NCBI RefSeq assembly: GCF_009834535.1 | Contig: NC_045697.1 | Span: 96,040,001 to 96,104,000, forward strand | DNA: 64,000 nt | Direction: 5' to 3' | Source of the DNA: Camelus ferus | Lineage: Eukaryota | Shown here: positions 13,656-27,320 of the stretch, in pieces | Numbering within the stretch: the first letter of the stretch is position 1 | Layout: each line of letters begins with the position of its first letter | The notes under the pieces: model-generated | What the model saw: the letters and a program-made list of their open reading frames with translations, nothing else | Told to the model about the DNA's origin: nothing | Databases searched by the model: none | Position numbers and translations under genes: made by a program

Positions 13656-14214
13656 CACTTGAGACAGGTTACTTTTGAGGATATGTTTATTTCACACAAA
13701 TCCTAACCATAGGAATGACAGAGCCAAACACTTCTGAGAGTATTTAGTGTGGTAATGCATTGTCTAAGGCTACCATAATATCTATTCAATTTTTAGATCC
13801 ACCGTCTATGCTAGAAAGTCAGACAAAGCAGTAAGACATCTCAAAGAGTTAGCAGCATATAACAGTGGTGATTCTGGGCCACACAGTAAGTGAATGTGAT
13901 CTGAACCAAGCAGATATTATAAATCAGATAGTCTATAGTTGAGTAGTTTCTAAGAGAGTACTGCAGTCTTTTTGAAGTGGGTGTACTATTCCTACCTTCA
14001 GGACCTTGGGGACCTAGACAAGTGCTACACTCTGGCATAGGATGATGGTTCTTGGAATAAATCAAGATATTATAGTGGTATAACCAGCCACTGGGGCACA
14101 ACAGTAAGGTTGCCAAAGTATGATGCAAAAAACAAGGTACAGCTTTGAAACTTACTTGTTATTATGCAGTTTAGTCACAAGAATGAATGAATCCAAGTCA
14201 AAGTTAGTTACAAG

Positions 14215-14353
14215 TAATGGAAAGAATCTAAAAAGTATACACACATACACACACACACACACATATCTGAATCACTGCTGTACATCACAATGTTGTGATG
14301 TACAGCAGTGAAACTAACACAACATTGTAAACCAACTATGCTTCAATAAAAAA
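14215..14353 (+). mobile_element. short L1 3' tail with TSD
   Basis: taatggaaagaatctaaaaag..(CA)n..tctgaatcactgctgtaca...aactaacacaacattgtaaaccaactatgcttcaataaaa. TSD aagttagttacaag (14201-14214) vs aattcagttacaag (14354-14367). Confidence 0.85.
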
Positions 14354-14400
14354 AATTCAGTTACAAGAATAAATTCATCATTCATGACTGGGACTAAAGA

Positions 14401-14452
14401 AAAAGTAGGAAAAGTAGAAAAAAAGTAGGAAAAGTAGGAAAAAGTAGGAAAA
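14401..14452. repeat. tandem repeat of AAAAGTAGG(A), about 5 copies
   Basis: aaaagtagga aaagtagaaa aaaagtagga aaagtaggaa aaagtaggaa. Confidence 0.9.
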
Positions 14453-14454
14453 GA

Positions 14455-14800
14455 TCTACTAGCATTGTTTTACCCAGTCAGGGTCAGATGATGAAAACTG
14501 AATTAATTTTGGTTGTAAGAAACATGAGGCTGAAGCTCAGTTCTTTTGGTCATTGTGTAAAATAGAGAAAATATATACCTACCGATGCAGTTGAGTTACT
14601 CAGGCTACAGAATGAAAGAGATCAGAGGGGCTAGGCTAATGATGACTGTTTTTCATATTCATTAATAGATATTTCCATTTGCAGGCCTACAAGGAGCAGT
14701 CAGCTCCCTTCACTAAAGATGTGCATAAGTAGTAAAAAAAGAATATTACCATAAATTCAGAAGAAAATAAGGCAGAATTAGATACTTAACATACAGCCAT
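14455..14800 (+). mobile_element. L3/CR1 3' fragment (probable)
   Basis: gatgactgtttttcatattc and cagctcccttcactaaagatgtgcataagtag resemble the CR1 3' end. Confidence 0.4.
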
Positions 14801-16829
14801 TGGATGTCAGACATACTCCTTTTAAAGCTTTTAAGATATTGGATTGCCCTTATCGTTAAATCTATTTCTGAATTAGTCTATGCTATAAGCTTTTTAGAGA
14901 AAGAGACTATTGTAAAAATAAGTGAGCACTTAAATAAACATAAATCCATAATTAGATTTTGAAACTTCCTAAAGAGCTTTTACTTTTTACCAATGAAGAA
15001 GGAATGCAGGAGAGAGCAGCAGCTCTTTTAAATACCATAAATCACTTCGGGGTTTTTAATAATGTCTATAAGAAAATAATCCAATTTAAGGTGCTAACAT
15101 TTGAAAAAAATCATTTTAAGTTCATTTAGATTTGAAGTGAGCAACAACGTTTACATTTATACACTGTCACTACTTACTGCATTTTCCATGGTTTATGACA
15201 TTCTGCAACTCTTATAATTTATTTTACCACCTATGACATTCATAAAATACAAATATTTACAATTTGGACAAGTCAATCTCTGTAATAAAACTAGTCAACA
15301 AGAGTTCTTACTCATTTCTACTGAATGAAAAGTATACACAGGAATAGAAATAGCAAAATGTATCCTTTATGATAGCGAAAAGAGTTTAATAAAACTTAAT
15401 CTCATCAAGAAGTTTTCTTAAACTGATTAGTGAATCCATGTTCTTTATTCAGTGATAGATCTCTTTTTCAGCTCACAGAAGGAAGCTAAATAATTTACCT
15501 GAAGAAAGTACTTTTAAGTTCAAAAATAGTGCTCCAAAACAGCTTTCCTTAATTAAACTGTTGTGCCTTCTAAAAGGGAGATATATCTCTGATACATTTT
15601 TCATTCTCAAATAGGGATTTACAATAGTTTTTATTGATAGAATCATGCCAATTACTACATAATCATTCTCAATTATCCAAAATGAATACATTGTTCCATA
15701 TTCTTCGCATTCTCAATAACACATAAATACTACAGTATTTCATTAATCATGTATGTTGTTCTGTGGATTCATCTGTCTATTCAATGGTTTCATTAAATAA
15801 ACTATAATTTTCTTGAGTAATTTATATTTTATTTGTTTTTCCCAACATGGATTTCAATTTGAGAAGATAGAATTATTTAGTAAATTGTTTTAAACATGAA
15901 TAAAGACAAGTATGCATATATAAGTAGACAGAAAGATAGAAGGTGGTAAATCATATCTTCCCACATAAACCACATGTTATTGAAGTATCTCTTAGTTTTC
16001 TGTATTGCTACAAAAAAATAAATTTTTAATGAAAACACTTAATGACTTTCTCCGCTTTTTAAAGTAGGTTATTTTCACCAGTTTTTGACCTATTTAAAAT
16101 ATTTTTGTTCTTAACATATATGTTGCTTAAAGGAAATTAATTGATTTTCTAAAGATATGCTTTTTAATTAAAAGTGTACATCTTATAATATAACCTAATT
16201 TAAACTATAGTGAATATGATGAGATTAATTATAAATTAGTCAGATTTAAACTGTGTTCATGTTCAACAACTGCATTGTCATTCATTCCATAAGCCATTTA
16301 TGTAAAAATATATAATATACATTAAATGAAACTCTATAGATTTTCCTAAGAATGTGCATAACTTAATTATCAGGTTTGAATAAAAGACTGCATTACTTTT
16401 ATTTTTAAATAAGTTAAACATGGCTTTCATATTTCCATTAATTTCAAAATATAATAATACATATTTAAAAGCCCATTGAAACTTATAATAAAATAAATGA
16501 ATAAGTCACCTTTTAATTACTTTCTTCAAAGGCAGTAAACTCTTCATTAACTTTGAAGTTATGGTGTATGTAAAGCACTATAGAGGCATTTAAATTTTTA
16601 TGAAATGTTAAATAAGCCTCCATAGAACTTTTATAGAATTTCAGCCAGAGTCAATATTTGCTTTTATCTCCCCATGTAATGCAGCTCCATGGTAAATTAG
16701 TTTGCTCAGTAATACTTGAAGATAAACTAGGACTACATTAGAAATATTCACTGAGCATCTACTGGCTTTGACAATCCAACTTTTATCTATTAGTCTATCT
16801 TTGAACAAGCAGTGTTCATAGTGAATTGG

Positions 16830-17310
16830 AAATGTATTTATTGAACTCTTACTATGTACCAGGAATTATTCATCCAAGGCACTGAGTTAAGTTGGAGAAC
16901 AAAAAAAGACAAAATCTTTGTCATATTGAAGGCTAGATTTAGAGGAGGGAGAAAAATATGCAAACATACACATTCATATACATACAACCAAAAACAGAAT
17001 CAATGAAGAAGCAAAATTCCTATAACAATAAGCACAATAATAGGGTTCTGGAAGTCAAATAGTAGGTGGTCTCCATTAACGTGAGCAAAGAAAGCTCTCA
17101 GATAAGATGACTACATGTTTGAGGTAACACGTGAAAGATGAAAAGAAGACAGTCATGCAAAGAACAAAGGAAAGAAAGAACATTGCAAATGGAAAATTCA
17201 GTGCAGGAGTTCTAAAGCAGAAGCGAGCAGGGCATATATGAGGAACAAAAAGAACACCAGAGTGGCTGCAGCACAAGGAAGGATAAGAGATGAATTCAAA
17301 GAGGCTGGTG
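16830..17310 (-). mobile_element. L2 LINE 3' fragment
   Basis: aatgtatttattgaactcttactatgtaccagg...aacaaaaaaagacaaaatc is the antisense L2 3' end. Confidence 0.75.
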
Positions 17311-17489
17311 AATATAGTCTACAAACTAATACATGTGTAAACACAAATTTAGACTGGCTGTCACAGTTACATAGAAATACAAACAGGAAAAATGCATCTC
17401 AAACAGAAACAAGATCTCATGTGCAGGACAACATTAAATGACTCACACAGGCTAATACAATGAATGTACCCCTATAGTAATAAATATAC

Positions 17490-17860
17490 CCCTAAATGTG
17501 TAATGTTTCCACACGATAAACTTTTATTCCTCAATTAGGTATTTAGATCAAGGCAGATGCAGGTTGGTGGAAGTACTCTATTTTACATAGTAATTCAATA
17601 ATAAGCCGTCAGAGACACTGAGTCTTCAACATGTATCCTCCAAAATTGCCCCTGGCAGACATTCAGCTGGCAGAGGGATAAGGGTACAAAGGTTCATGAG
17701 TGGAAGACGCTTATTAATGGGCCAGGAGGTAGGAGAGGCATTAGTTACTTACATTCAGCTTAGTTGTATAGAACTCAATCATGTGGCCACATTTAACAAG
17801 GGAGGCCAGGATATAAAATCTAAGAGGTAGAAATTATGATGTTCTAAAAGACCCTGCTAC
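17490..17860 (-). mobile_element. MaLR solo LTR (MLT1J/K-like)
   Basis: tcttcaacatgtatcctccaa...agaactcaatcatgtggccacatttaac..agggaggccagga...ctgctaca. Confidence 0.6.
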
Positions 17861-18927
17861 AGTGCTGTATTTCTAAATTTTGGGATCTTACTACCCTTGT
17901 CTATATCAGAAGTAATTTGTCTTCATCATTATTTTGGGAGTAGGCAGGACCTGGAATAAGCTTTAATAAATTACATATAAGCTGTTTTTAGGTACTACTT
18001 GTAGTTTCTATAGCTTTTCAAAAAAGTACTACTTTATTTAATTTTTCATAACTATATAAGTAGTATACTTTTGATGATAAAAAGAGAATTATACGCTTGG
18101 TAGGGAGATATGGTTATTTTTGCTCAGAAATTATGACAACAGTTATCTTGAAATCCGAGTTATCAAGAAGAAATACTCATATACTGAAATGACTTCCCTG
18201 GAGTTTTGATGCTAACCTGATTAAATTTGCATGTATGAAAGAAATGCATACTTAAAATAAAGCTTGACATGATCTTCAGCAACTACTTAGTACCACCTAT
18301 GAGTCTAAATTGAACCAGCCATCAATTCTTGAGAAATTCTTGATTATATTTATTCATTGTTTGATTTTTAATGCATATGAATGAACCTTCCATCAGCATT
18401 TCACAAAGTCATTGCCCTAGGCTCTCATCTGAGAATACATTATTATTCTGTATTGTTCTTCAGTACCAATAAATATACTGGATAAGAGAAATTATCTTGG
18501 TCAATTGATTTGGATGATATCCAATCTAGCCACTCATCTAGGTATTTTCTTTCTATTCCTAAAAGCCACACAGACATAAACTTACTGAGCTTTATTTTAA
18601 TGTTAAGCCCTTGGTTGCTGTCTAAAGAAGTGTCACTATCTAGCCATGTGAAATTTGTGACTTCATTATCTGTAGGAAGACTGTAGAAAAAAACTATCAT
18701 TTTAGGCTCTTTAGATAGAGCCCCAGGTGAAGTTTTAAGTTTGTTTTGTTTTGTTTTATTTTTGGTAGAAGTATGCAAGCTATAACTTACTTCCCCTAAG
18801 GAACTAATGTTCTCTTCCTTTCAGATGATGACAGTTCTTCAAGTGACCGTGTTTCACCCTATCCTCTTGACTGCTTTAAAGCTGAGTAAACAGTCAGACA
18901 CTTATTTATGGAGTATTAATGTGGCTT

Positions 18928-18950
18928 ACACACACACACACACACACACA
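18928..18950. repeat. (CA)11 microsatellite
   Basis: Direct reading. Confidence 0.95.
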
Positions 18951-20798
18951 TCTTCTAATATTTTGTTTAGATTTCTATTTCACCTTTTATCAGTGCTGTT
19001 CTTATTACCTTGTTTCAGTGCTTTTGGGGGAAGATGAATATCTGCACAAATAAAAATGATACATCTAAAGATTCACTGAAGCAATTGTTAAAGGTGATTA
19101 TTCAACACGACTGCTCACAAGTTTCTGCTCATTCCTTATGTCTGTGGGCAACACCACCACCTACATGATCGGGCACTTCAGGACTCACTTTGTTTCCATT
19201 CAAACTTATTTAAGGATTTAAGTGGCATATGCAAGTTTCATCTCCATATGACTCTGTATGTATAAAAAGGACTTAAGCAATTTCCTGGAATGGCTCAGAA
19301 GTCTTGTCTCTAATTGTAATTGCACTGTTTCATGCCTAGGATGTCCTATCTTGCATTAATGTGTAAATGCACACGTATGAGCACAACCTTCAATTTAAAC
19401 AGAAAGCACACCCAGGATTTGAAAACATAAGAAGGAACAGACAAATTAGAAGGCTAGGAAAAGCATTTGATTGTAGTTTTTGACTTACCCTTTCGTAGAT
19501 CAGTCTCCTGTCAAACTCCTAGAACCAATAAAGTTCTAAAAAACATCTAGAACTACTGAACACTGGAAATCCCAAATACCTGCTAAGGAAACAAAGGATG
19601 GGTATTAGCATGTAAGTACCAATTAGCTTAAAAAAGGGAATAAATATGAGTAACAATATCAGTACAGTATTGGAAATTTCATAAGCTGCAGTCACAGTAT
19701 TTCATTTGATTTTCAGGGAAAGGAAAACAATAATAAAAACAAACGAATGAGTAAACAAAGAAACACTCAGGTAAGGAAAAAAAAAGTTCTTTTAGTCCTC
19801 TGATTTCACAATTGTAGAATTTGAAGGTCAGAGAGATTAAATGCTCAAAGTTTCATGGTTAGTTAACAACACTGTGCTAGGTTAGTGTTCACAGATAGAT
19901 CACCTTACTTAAAACCTGTGTATTGTTTCATAATTAAGTTGATAATTATTTTATCGATTCTCTACCACGTCAGAATACATAAGAAAAATTAAATCTAGCT
20001 AGACATACTCTGATAATTTTAGTAAATAACAGTGTCAGAGTTGTCCTGCAATGTTTATTTTAGGTCAGATTTAAGAAGTAATTTTCTTAAAAGTCCCTAA
20101 GTTTTTCACTGAAAGTTTATAAGTACCAATATTGGTAACAGTTACAGTGCAATTTTGATTGTGGTTTTTTAAATTCTATTTTCTAGTTTCATAGATTCCA
20201 CACTTGGAAATAGCTATAATTTCAAATATTTACTGATATAATTATATCTGGCTGCAGTAAGGCTGTATATAGTACTCTGTATCCCTTACTCATCATGAAG
20301 CATGTCAAATACAATGAGCAGTAGAGCATAGCTGGATTGTGGAAGCCTCTCCCTTTTCTCCGCTTCAGTGCTCCCAGTCTTGATCTAGGAAAGATACACC
20401 AGCACTTTAATATCACAGTTAAACTATCAAACAATACAATTTATATTGCTAAGAAGCTGAGGGAGAAGGGAAGCTACTGTTATTTTGTTTTATAAGTTTA
20501 ATTCATATTCTTTACAAAATGAAGAAAATATTTAGCAATATTAATTCCAATATTGAGTGCAAAACAATTACTTCTTTTTATTAATTATTTGATATTTTAA
20601 AAGCATTGGGAGTTCAAATTTTGTGCAATGAAAAGTTGTATCTCAGAAAAATACTTTCATTGAGAATACCATCCAAGAATTAAACATGAATATGATTTAG
20701 TTTTATATTTATATTTACTATATTCCACTGAATTTACACTTATGATATCTAAATCAAAATAAGGAACAGTGAATTTTCCCTTTTTACAGGTTGACCCC

Positions 20799-21507
20799 TG
20801 TTGGGAAGATTTTAATTAAAAACAAAACCTCCTTCCAAACCAGAAAACCCTTCCACAAAGGTAGAAGAGAAAGAAAACAATTTTTATTATTAAATAGGCA
20901 TTAAAGCAGAACATTATGTGCAATCACATGCATACTAATAAAACAGACTGCAAAGACAGAAAGAAGTCTCATCCTTTTGTATGGACAAGCAGATATGAAT
21001 CATTACAGATGCATTCTTAAGATAAACAATAACTAGTCCTCAAGTAAGAGGACTAGATAGCACCATTTAAACAGAATGTTCATTCTAGATTCACCTGGTC
21101 TTTGGGGTAGCCATCTGTTTGTTAATTGGCTTAATCCAAAGGGAAATAAACTTCTACTGTCTTTATGATAGGAGGTATTTTTACACCTTGGAGCAAGGCA
21201 CCCACTGAAGTTAGGCTCCTACTCTCCCAAAGAAACTGAGAGACAAAGGTCCTATCTTCTTTGATGATTACAATTTCAAAGAGACGATTCTGGGCCCTTG
21301 AGAAAGACATTCCTGGGTATCAAAGTTGGAAGAAGCTTTAGCTTTTAAAAAATATATTTATACATTTCAAAGAGACAGAAAGAACTTACAAGTTTTCTAA
21401 AGCAAACACTCTAAGGAAAGGAAGGGGGGAAGTCTCATTACTTATTTTCAACAGGGAGAATGGAGCATTTTATTTATTTATTTATTTATTTTGCATTTCC
21501 CTTGACA
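20799..21507 (-). mobile_element. ERV1 solo LTR, MER67-like (about 710 bp)
   Basis: TG...CA termini. The minus strand begins tgtcaagggaaatgc...ttctccctgttgaaaataag...ccttagagtgtttgctttagaaaacttgt, similar to MER67 as recalled. Confidence 0.7.
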
Positions 21508-21759
21508 TCTTATGTAGATTACTTACCTAAAGAGAGATTGGGTTTTCAATACATTCTTTCACTAACTAATACCATGTGGTGACATACTCAATTTTAGGCC
21601 ACTTTTCTGATAGGCTAGGTTTTGTTCTTAGAAATACATTATTTACATTTACTATTAGCTACTCTTTGTAAATTGGTAATGACCAGTAACTAATAACAAT
21701 CCAAGATTTCAAGCTTTAGTTTGCAACATCCATGAAATACTCTAATGGGAGATTCTGAT

Positions 21760-21940
21760 AGGTGATAGCTGTTGATTTCTCTAATTCTTTCTGATCCCAG
21801 GTTTTCATCTTATAATATGGCCTTTGTCCTTAAAAACTCATTAGGCTTCAACAGTAGTTTTAGTTTTGATATAATATGACCTATTTTATGAGTCTATTAT
21901 GAAGATATGTGGAATCACTTTGTAAATATAAAATGGTGTA
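21760..21940 (+). mobile_element. MIR fragment
   Basis: ctgatcccaggttttcatcttataatatgg...tatgtggaatcactttgtaaatataaa. Confidence 0.45.
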
Positions 21941-22760
21941 AGATAAAACTTTGATTTAACATGATTTTTATAAATATAAGAAGTTCAAAGATATTCTACA
22001 ATGAAGACAAACATGACAATACTATGATGTTCTTCACATAAACTCAAATCAGTAAACAGTAACATTGACAGTTTGGTAGCAGCAACAGTCAAATAAAATA
22101 TTCATGTGATAACCAAAGATGTCATATTTATTTTAAATTCAAGTGACATTACCCTTTTGGAAGAATATAGTGTCCCTGATGTAACTTCAGGGTTTAAAAA
22201 TAATGGCTAACTACTAGATAGACTAAGCTTATATGCAGGATGGCAGGTGATGACTGAATTTCACACATTAGATATTTTCAGTCACACTACTTACATGAGT
22301 GATTTTGTATCACATCCTATACATATAGGCAGTAAATGTAATTTTCTATTACAAAGCACATAGGTATATGCTAAAGTATTCTTTTTCATGCATTATGGGT
22401 GGAGATACAAAAATTCCTTAACATTAATGATAAATTTAATAATCCCTCACATTGTGAGAGGACTTACATCACATGACAGTAATAGTACAAAGAAGGGTTG
22501 AGATAGAAAACAAATTGGTCTTGAATTTATTATTGTCTTTCAGGCCAAGCTTACCTTCCCTTAATCCATTGCTCAGTGCTCAGTGAACTGACTTAATAAA
22601 TGTTCACCACCTTCCCCTTCAAATCTTAAAGAATCTTCAACAGACATTTTCAAGTGTAGAAGGAGTTTAATAAATTTTAACTTGTCCCCAGAAATTAAGT
22701 AAAAACAGAGCTTTTTATTTCTTTTGCATGCTCTGACTCAAGGCTTTTTTGAAACACATT

Positions 22761-22762
<2 letters not shown>

Positions 22763-22800
<38 letters not shown>
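22763..22800. repeat. (GT)19 microsatellite
   Basis: Perfect run. Confidence 0.97.
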
Positions 22801-22802
<2 letters not shown>

Positions 22803-24746
22803 GTTTCTGTTCAGTTGGGGACAGGTACAGCATGAGATAATTTGGTAGGGCAAAGTGATCAGTCCACTAGCCTACTTCATTTCACAGGATGTGTATTATT
22901 GTTTTGGTTCTACATACTTGTTAAATCCTATAACACAACAACAATTATATTCTATTGAATTATATTTTACACTTATATTTATATTTATTGAATTATATTT
23001 TACATTGTTAAAATATAAATAAATCTTTAACATTCATTGACTATTCCACTTAGACTATTGTCTAAATCCTATGTGGAGGATCGTCTTAGAATATTAGTAT
23101 TTATTCTCTTTGTCCTTTTTGTTTTAACTCTTTCAGTATTTTAAGATCCAATCATCTGAAAATAGTATTTTTAAAAAACTTCTGAACAAATAAGATTTGG
23201 AGGGTGAATTGCACTGTCAAAGGCATACAACATTGAACTGCCTTGAATTTTTTGGCCAGGTGTCCATTCAGAGCACATAATCAGTCAGCCAGGTAAGCAC
23301 AGAATGAAATAGAGGAGGCTCAGGAAGTCTGCATCCCCTCTTACTCTAAGCCTAAAGTCAACATCACTCACCACAAACAAAAGTTTTTTAATCTCTCATA
23401 GAATTGTACAGAAACTTCTTGCGTTGGGATTTTCAGAGGTGTATTAGACACAAGACCTTGAGAAAGAAAGTGAAAAGCAAAATTAAGAATTTAGAAAATT
23501 ACAAACCACACACAACAAAACTTGCAGGCAATTAATACTCAAACCACTATTTAGCTTTCAGAACAGTGCTAAACATACTGCAGATTCACACAAATACATA
23601 TTGATTCATGAGGATGTTGGTGACCAAGAAAGAAAATAATCAGCAGTTGTAATACTGAAAGTATTTGTTTCCTCCCTGGCTATCTGTGTGATCATGGACA
23701 AATGGCTTATCTGGGTCTCAATAATCCCACATATATATTTTAAAACTTAAAAAAAATTAAGAAATGTAATCTTAGACCTAAAATATTTTTAAGAACAACC
23801 TAAACAACAGCTTTATTAGATAAATGATACAACAAAATTAAATGTATAGACTTCAAAAATCAGAGTTCAGTTAAATATTAAAAACTCAACTAGTTATTGC
23901 CACACAATAATGAAAAATGATAGTTTGGAATGCATTTTTCATCATTTATCTCACCCAGCATTAAAATTAAACACTTAAATAGCCATAGTTTCAGTTACAA
24001 AAATGCAGTCATCTTTTCTTTAATGACTATGCATATTATTCAAAAAATATTTTACTACTTAAAACTCAGTCTTTGGTCAAAATCTGGAAGAAATGTTTGG
24101 CTTAAAACAAATAGTGCCAGAATATACACAATAGTTGAAGAAACCCCCCCCCCCAAAAAAAACAAGTCCTGCCCCTGACCACCTGTTGTTAAAAGCTGAA
24201 AGTGTTGAAGTCAGGAAGTCAGTTTTTGTTTTCTTATATGTGAAGTTCACAGTTCACAAAATTAAATTTGAACTATTATTATTTGCATTCTTAATAGAGA
24301 GACAGACTTTCATCTGGAAAATGTCTAGTGTATTTTATTTGGGGCCTAATTTATCGAGTTCATATAGTTATTTTACAGAAGTATGATTAAATTAAATTAA
24401 ATTAAATATATTGAAAGAGTTAAGCACAGTACTATATTACGTAAAGTACAAAATATAATATGCATATGAGAAATTATATATATGTGAAGAATTCTAAGGA
24501 AAAAATATGTTTCACACAGTTTAGGAAAAGGAGCAATCACTGTTGTATTTAGTAGAGTAGGAAAACACGGCATAAAGGATTGGCTGAGAGAGAACAGACT
24601 GGTAAAAATGAAAACTATATAGAAAAAAAGTACATAAAATAAACCAGCTTAATTATGATGCGTACTTCAGATGATGAGAGAATTGTTTAGATAGTTTTTC
24701 ATAAAGAATCTCTGAAAGAATATAGTTGGAAATTTGGTTTGGCAAG

Positions 24747-25177
24747 TCTATTAGCTTCCTAGGACTGCTGTAACAAATTACCACAAACCAGGTGGCTTAA
24801 AACAATGAAAATTTATTCTCTCACGGTTGGAGGCTAGAAGCCCAAAATCAAGGTGCTACATGTCGATTCCTTTTGAAGGGCTCAGAAGGAGAATCTATTC
24901 CAAGTGTCTCTCTTAGCTTCTGACAATTACCAAAAATTCTTGGCATTCCTTGGCTTGTAGATACATCATTCCAATCTCTGCCTCCATAGTCACATGGGTA
25001 GTCTTCTCCCTGGGTGTCTCTGTGTCTCTTATATGGGTACAGCCATATTGGATTAAGGGCCCTGTCTATTTCAGCATGCCTTCCTCTGAACTAATTACAA
25101 TGAGCCTAATTTTAAATAAGGTCACATTCAGAGGTAATTCAACCTATCTTTTGAAGGAAAACAATTCAACCATAACA
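24747..25177 (-). mobile_element. MaLR solo LTR (MLT1B/C-like)
   Basis: tattagcttcctaggactgctgtaacaaattaccacaaaccaggtggcttaaaacaa...aataaggtcacattc...caattcaaccataaca. Confidence 0.9.
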
Positions 25178-25399
25178 CAAAGTAAACATTTTGAGAAGTA
25201 CAGTTGAATAATATGAATATGAGTTTGAAATTTATAGGAACTCATTTAAGTTACAGATTGGGGAAAAGTCAATTTTGAAAGTGGTGTTTGGGATGACTTA
25301 ATCAGTTAGAAAATTTCTATGAAGATACAAATATGAGATAATGCATATATAATCTACTTCAAACATAGTGGTAGCAGAAAGGAAGACTGATCAACACTG

Positions 25400-27320
25400 C
25401 TGTTAAAAAATGATATACCTGAATATATATAGCAAAAAAATCTAAAAATGCCAGGAAACTGTGTAAAAATAAAAGCATCTCATGAAATGTATCAAGATAG
25501 AAAATACATTAATAAAAATTTCTTAGAGAACGACAACAAAGTAAAAGAAATCCAGAGAGTCAAGAAGGGTCATTTGCTAAATCCTTTTGAATGTAACCTC
25601 CAATTTATGCTACCATGCGGGAAAGATAAAGTTTAGGGTATGATTTTGTGGGAAATCTGACAGAAGCCTCAGTAAATAAAACTGGATGACCTAATGGCTC
25701 TTCCTTTAGAATAAGTGTGAACCAAAGAATAATCCACCCTACAAAAGTGTCAAGAAAATATGTTTGTTTCAAACTTTACGTTTATGCGAAGGTAAAACTT
25801 CAACCTTAAGAATTCAGAATCAAAAACATTCACATGACATGATCTATGGATTCATAGTCTTCATGTGTTTCTGAAGAACTCTAGGGAATACTTTTTTATG
25901 TAAAGTGGTTGCAGGCATATAACATCACCAAGAAACAGGGAAAACAAACCATAAATTATTTTGGAAGGAACAAAGCCTTCAAACAAGACCACCAAAATTA
26001 TTATACAGGTTTCAAGGAACATAAAGTTACAAAGATCATTACATATGTAAAGAACAAAGGCATCGTGAGCAAGATCCAAAAGAATAAAAAAGAGAACATA
26101 AACAAATGAATATAGATAATGATATTAAGATTAAACATATAGAATAAGTACATGTAATATAATTGATGTAATAGAATAACTGATTGAATATATGCATAAA
26201 GAACAAGGGACTTCTAAAAATAGTCAAGCATATTTGAAAAACAACCAAGAAAGTTCAAGAAAAATAAGGATTTTAATTAATATAAACGGGCAATTAGCTA
26301 GTTAGTTGCAGATGAAAAAAAAAGAGCAAATTGGAAGAAAAATCTATAGATGTTACAGTGGTGACAAGAGAAGTATTGAGTAGAACCTGGAAGTTTTGCC
26401 AACTGTTTTACAATGTCAGGAAGAAAGCAGAGAGAAACTGGTGTAGAGGTAAAAATCAAAGTACTAACGGTGGATAATGTTTTAAAATTGGTGAATGTCA
26501 CATATATTCAGATTCTAGAATCTCAATGGATCTCAAACGCAAAAGTAAAAAAAAAAAATTAAACCTAAATACACCAAAGTGATACAGCAAAGCAACAAAG
26601 AACAAAAGATCTTAAGAGCAGCCAGAGAAAAGTGACACATACTTCAGGAAATAACTTTAGACAAACAGTTAAATTTTCTACATCCATATTTTAAATTAAA
26701 AAATGGTGTAATAGTAATTTTGATGAACTGTGCAGGAAAACTGCTGTCAATCTATAAATAAAATTTTCATAAAGACAAAATAGAAATATATTCATATAAA
26801 CAAAAATTGAGGGTTTGCAACTAATAGAATCTCAAGAAGGCAAAAATCTCTGGATGTGCTTCAGGCAGAAGAAAAGATCCCAGATATATTACATAGGAGA
26901 TGAGAACAAAAGTTAATCAAAGGCATTATTAATTATGTAGGCAAAACAAAGTAATAATAATAAAATATTAATAATATGTTTTGTGGGATTAAACAAAGCT
27001 ACCTAAATCTAATATCTAGCACAACAATAGCATGATTTGTTGTTTAAATTTGATTTACAGTATCCTTAAATTCTTGATTCTTTTTCTTACAAGAATATAA
27101 GGCTGTTTAATAAATTTAGAACTTATAAATTATACATATCAAAATGTTGGTGATAACCACTTTAAACAAAATAAAAACTGTCTTTAATTTCTAAATTAGA
27201 AGTAGAAAAAGAAAGCAAAATAATATGAAGCAAACAAAAATAGTTATTAAAATGGAAAGAAAAATGAAACATAAAACATTAATACAATTTTGAGACCAAA
27301 AAAGTTGTGGAATAAATAAA
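25400..27320 (+). mobile_element. ancient L1/HAL1 5' region (ORF1), decayed
   Basis: ORF1 landmarks: catatattcagattctagaatctcaa, aagatcttaagagcagccagagaaaa (KILRAAREK), ggatgtgcttcaggcagaag. Confidence 0.65.

Noticed and set aside
14401..14452. Short repeat array as CRISPR-like
   Set aside because: A spacer-less minisatellite in mammalian DNA.
15470..15720. Possible coding exon after ctctttttcag
   Set aside because: No recognisable peptide in the frames I translated, and no good donor.
21033..21056. Hairpin ctagtcctc-aagtaa-gaggactag
   Set aside because: A 9-bp stem inside an LTR, probably inherited from the element, with no evidence of function.
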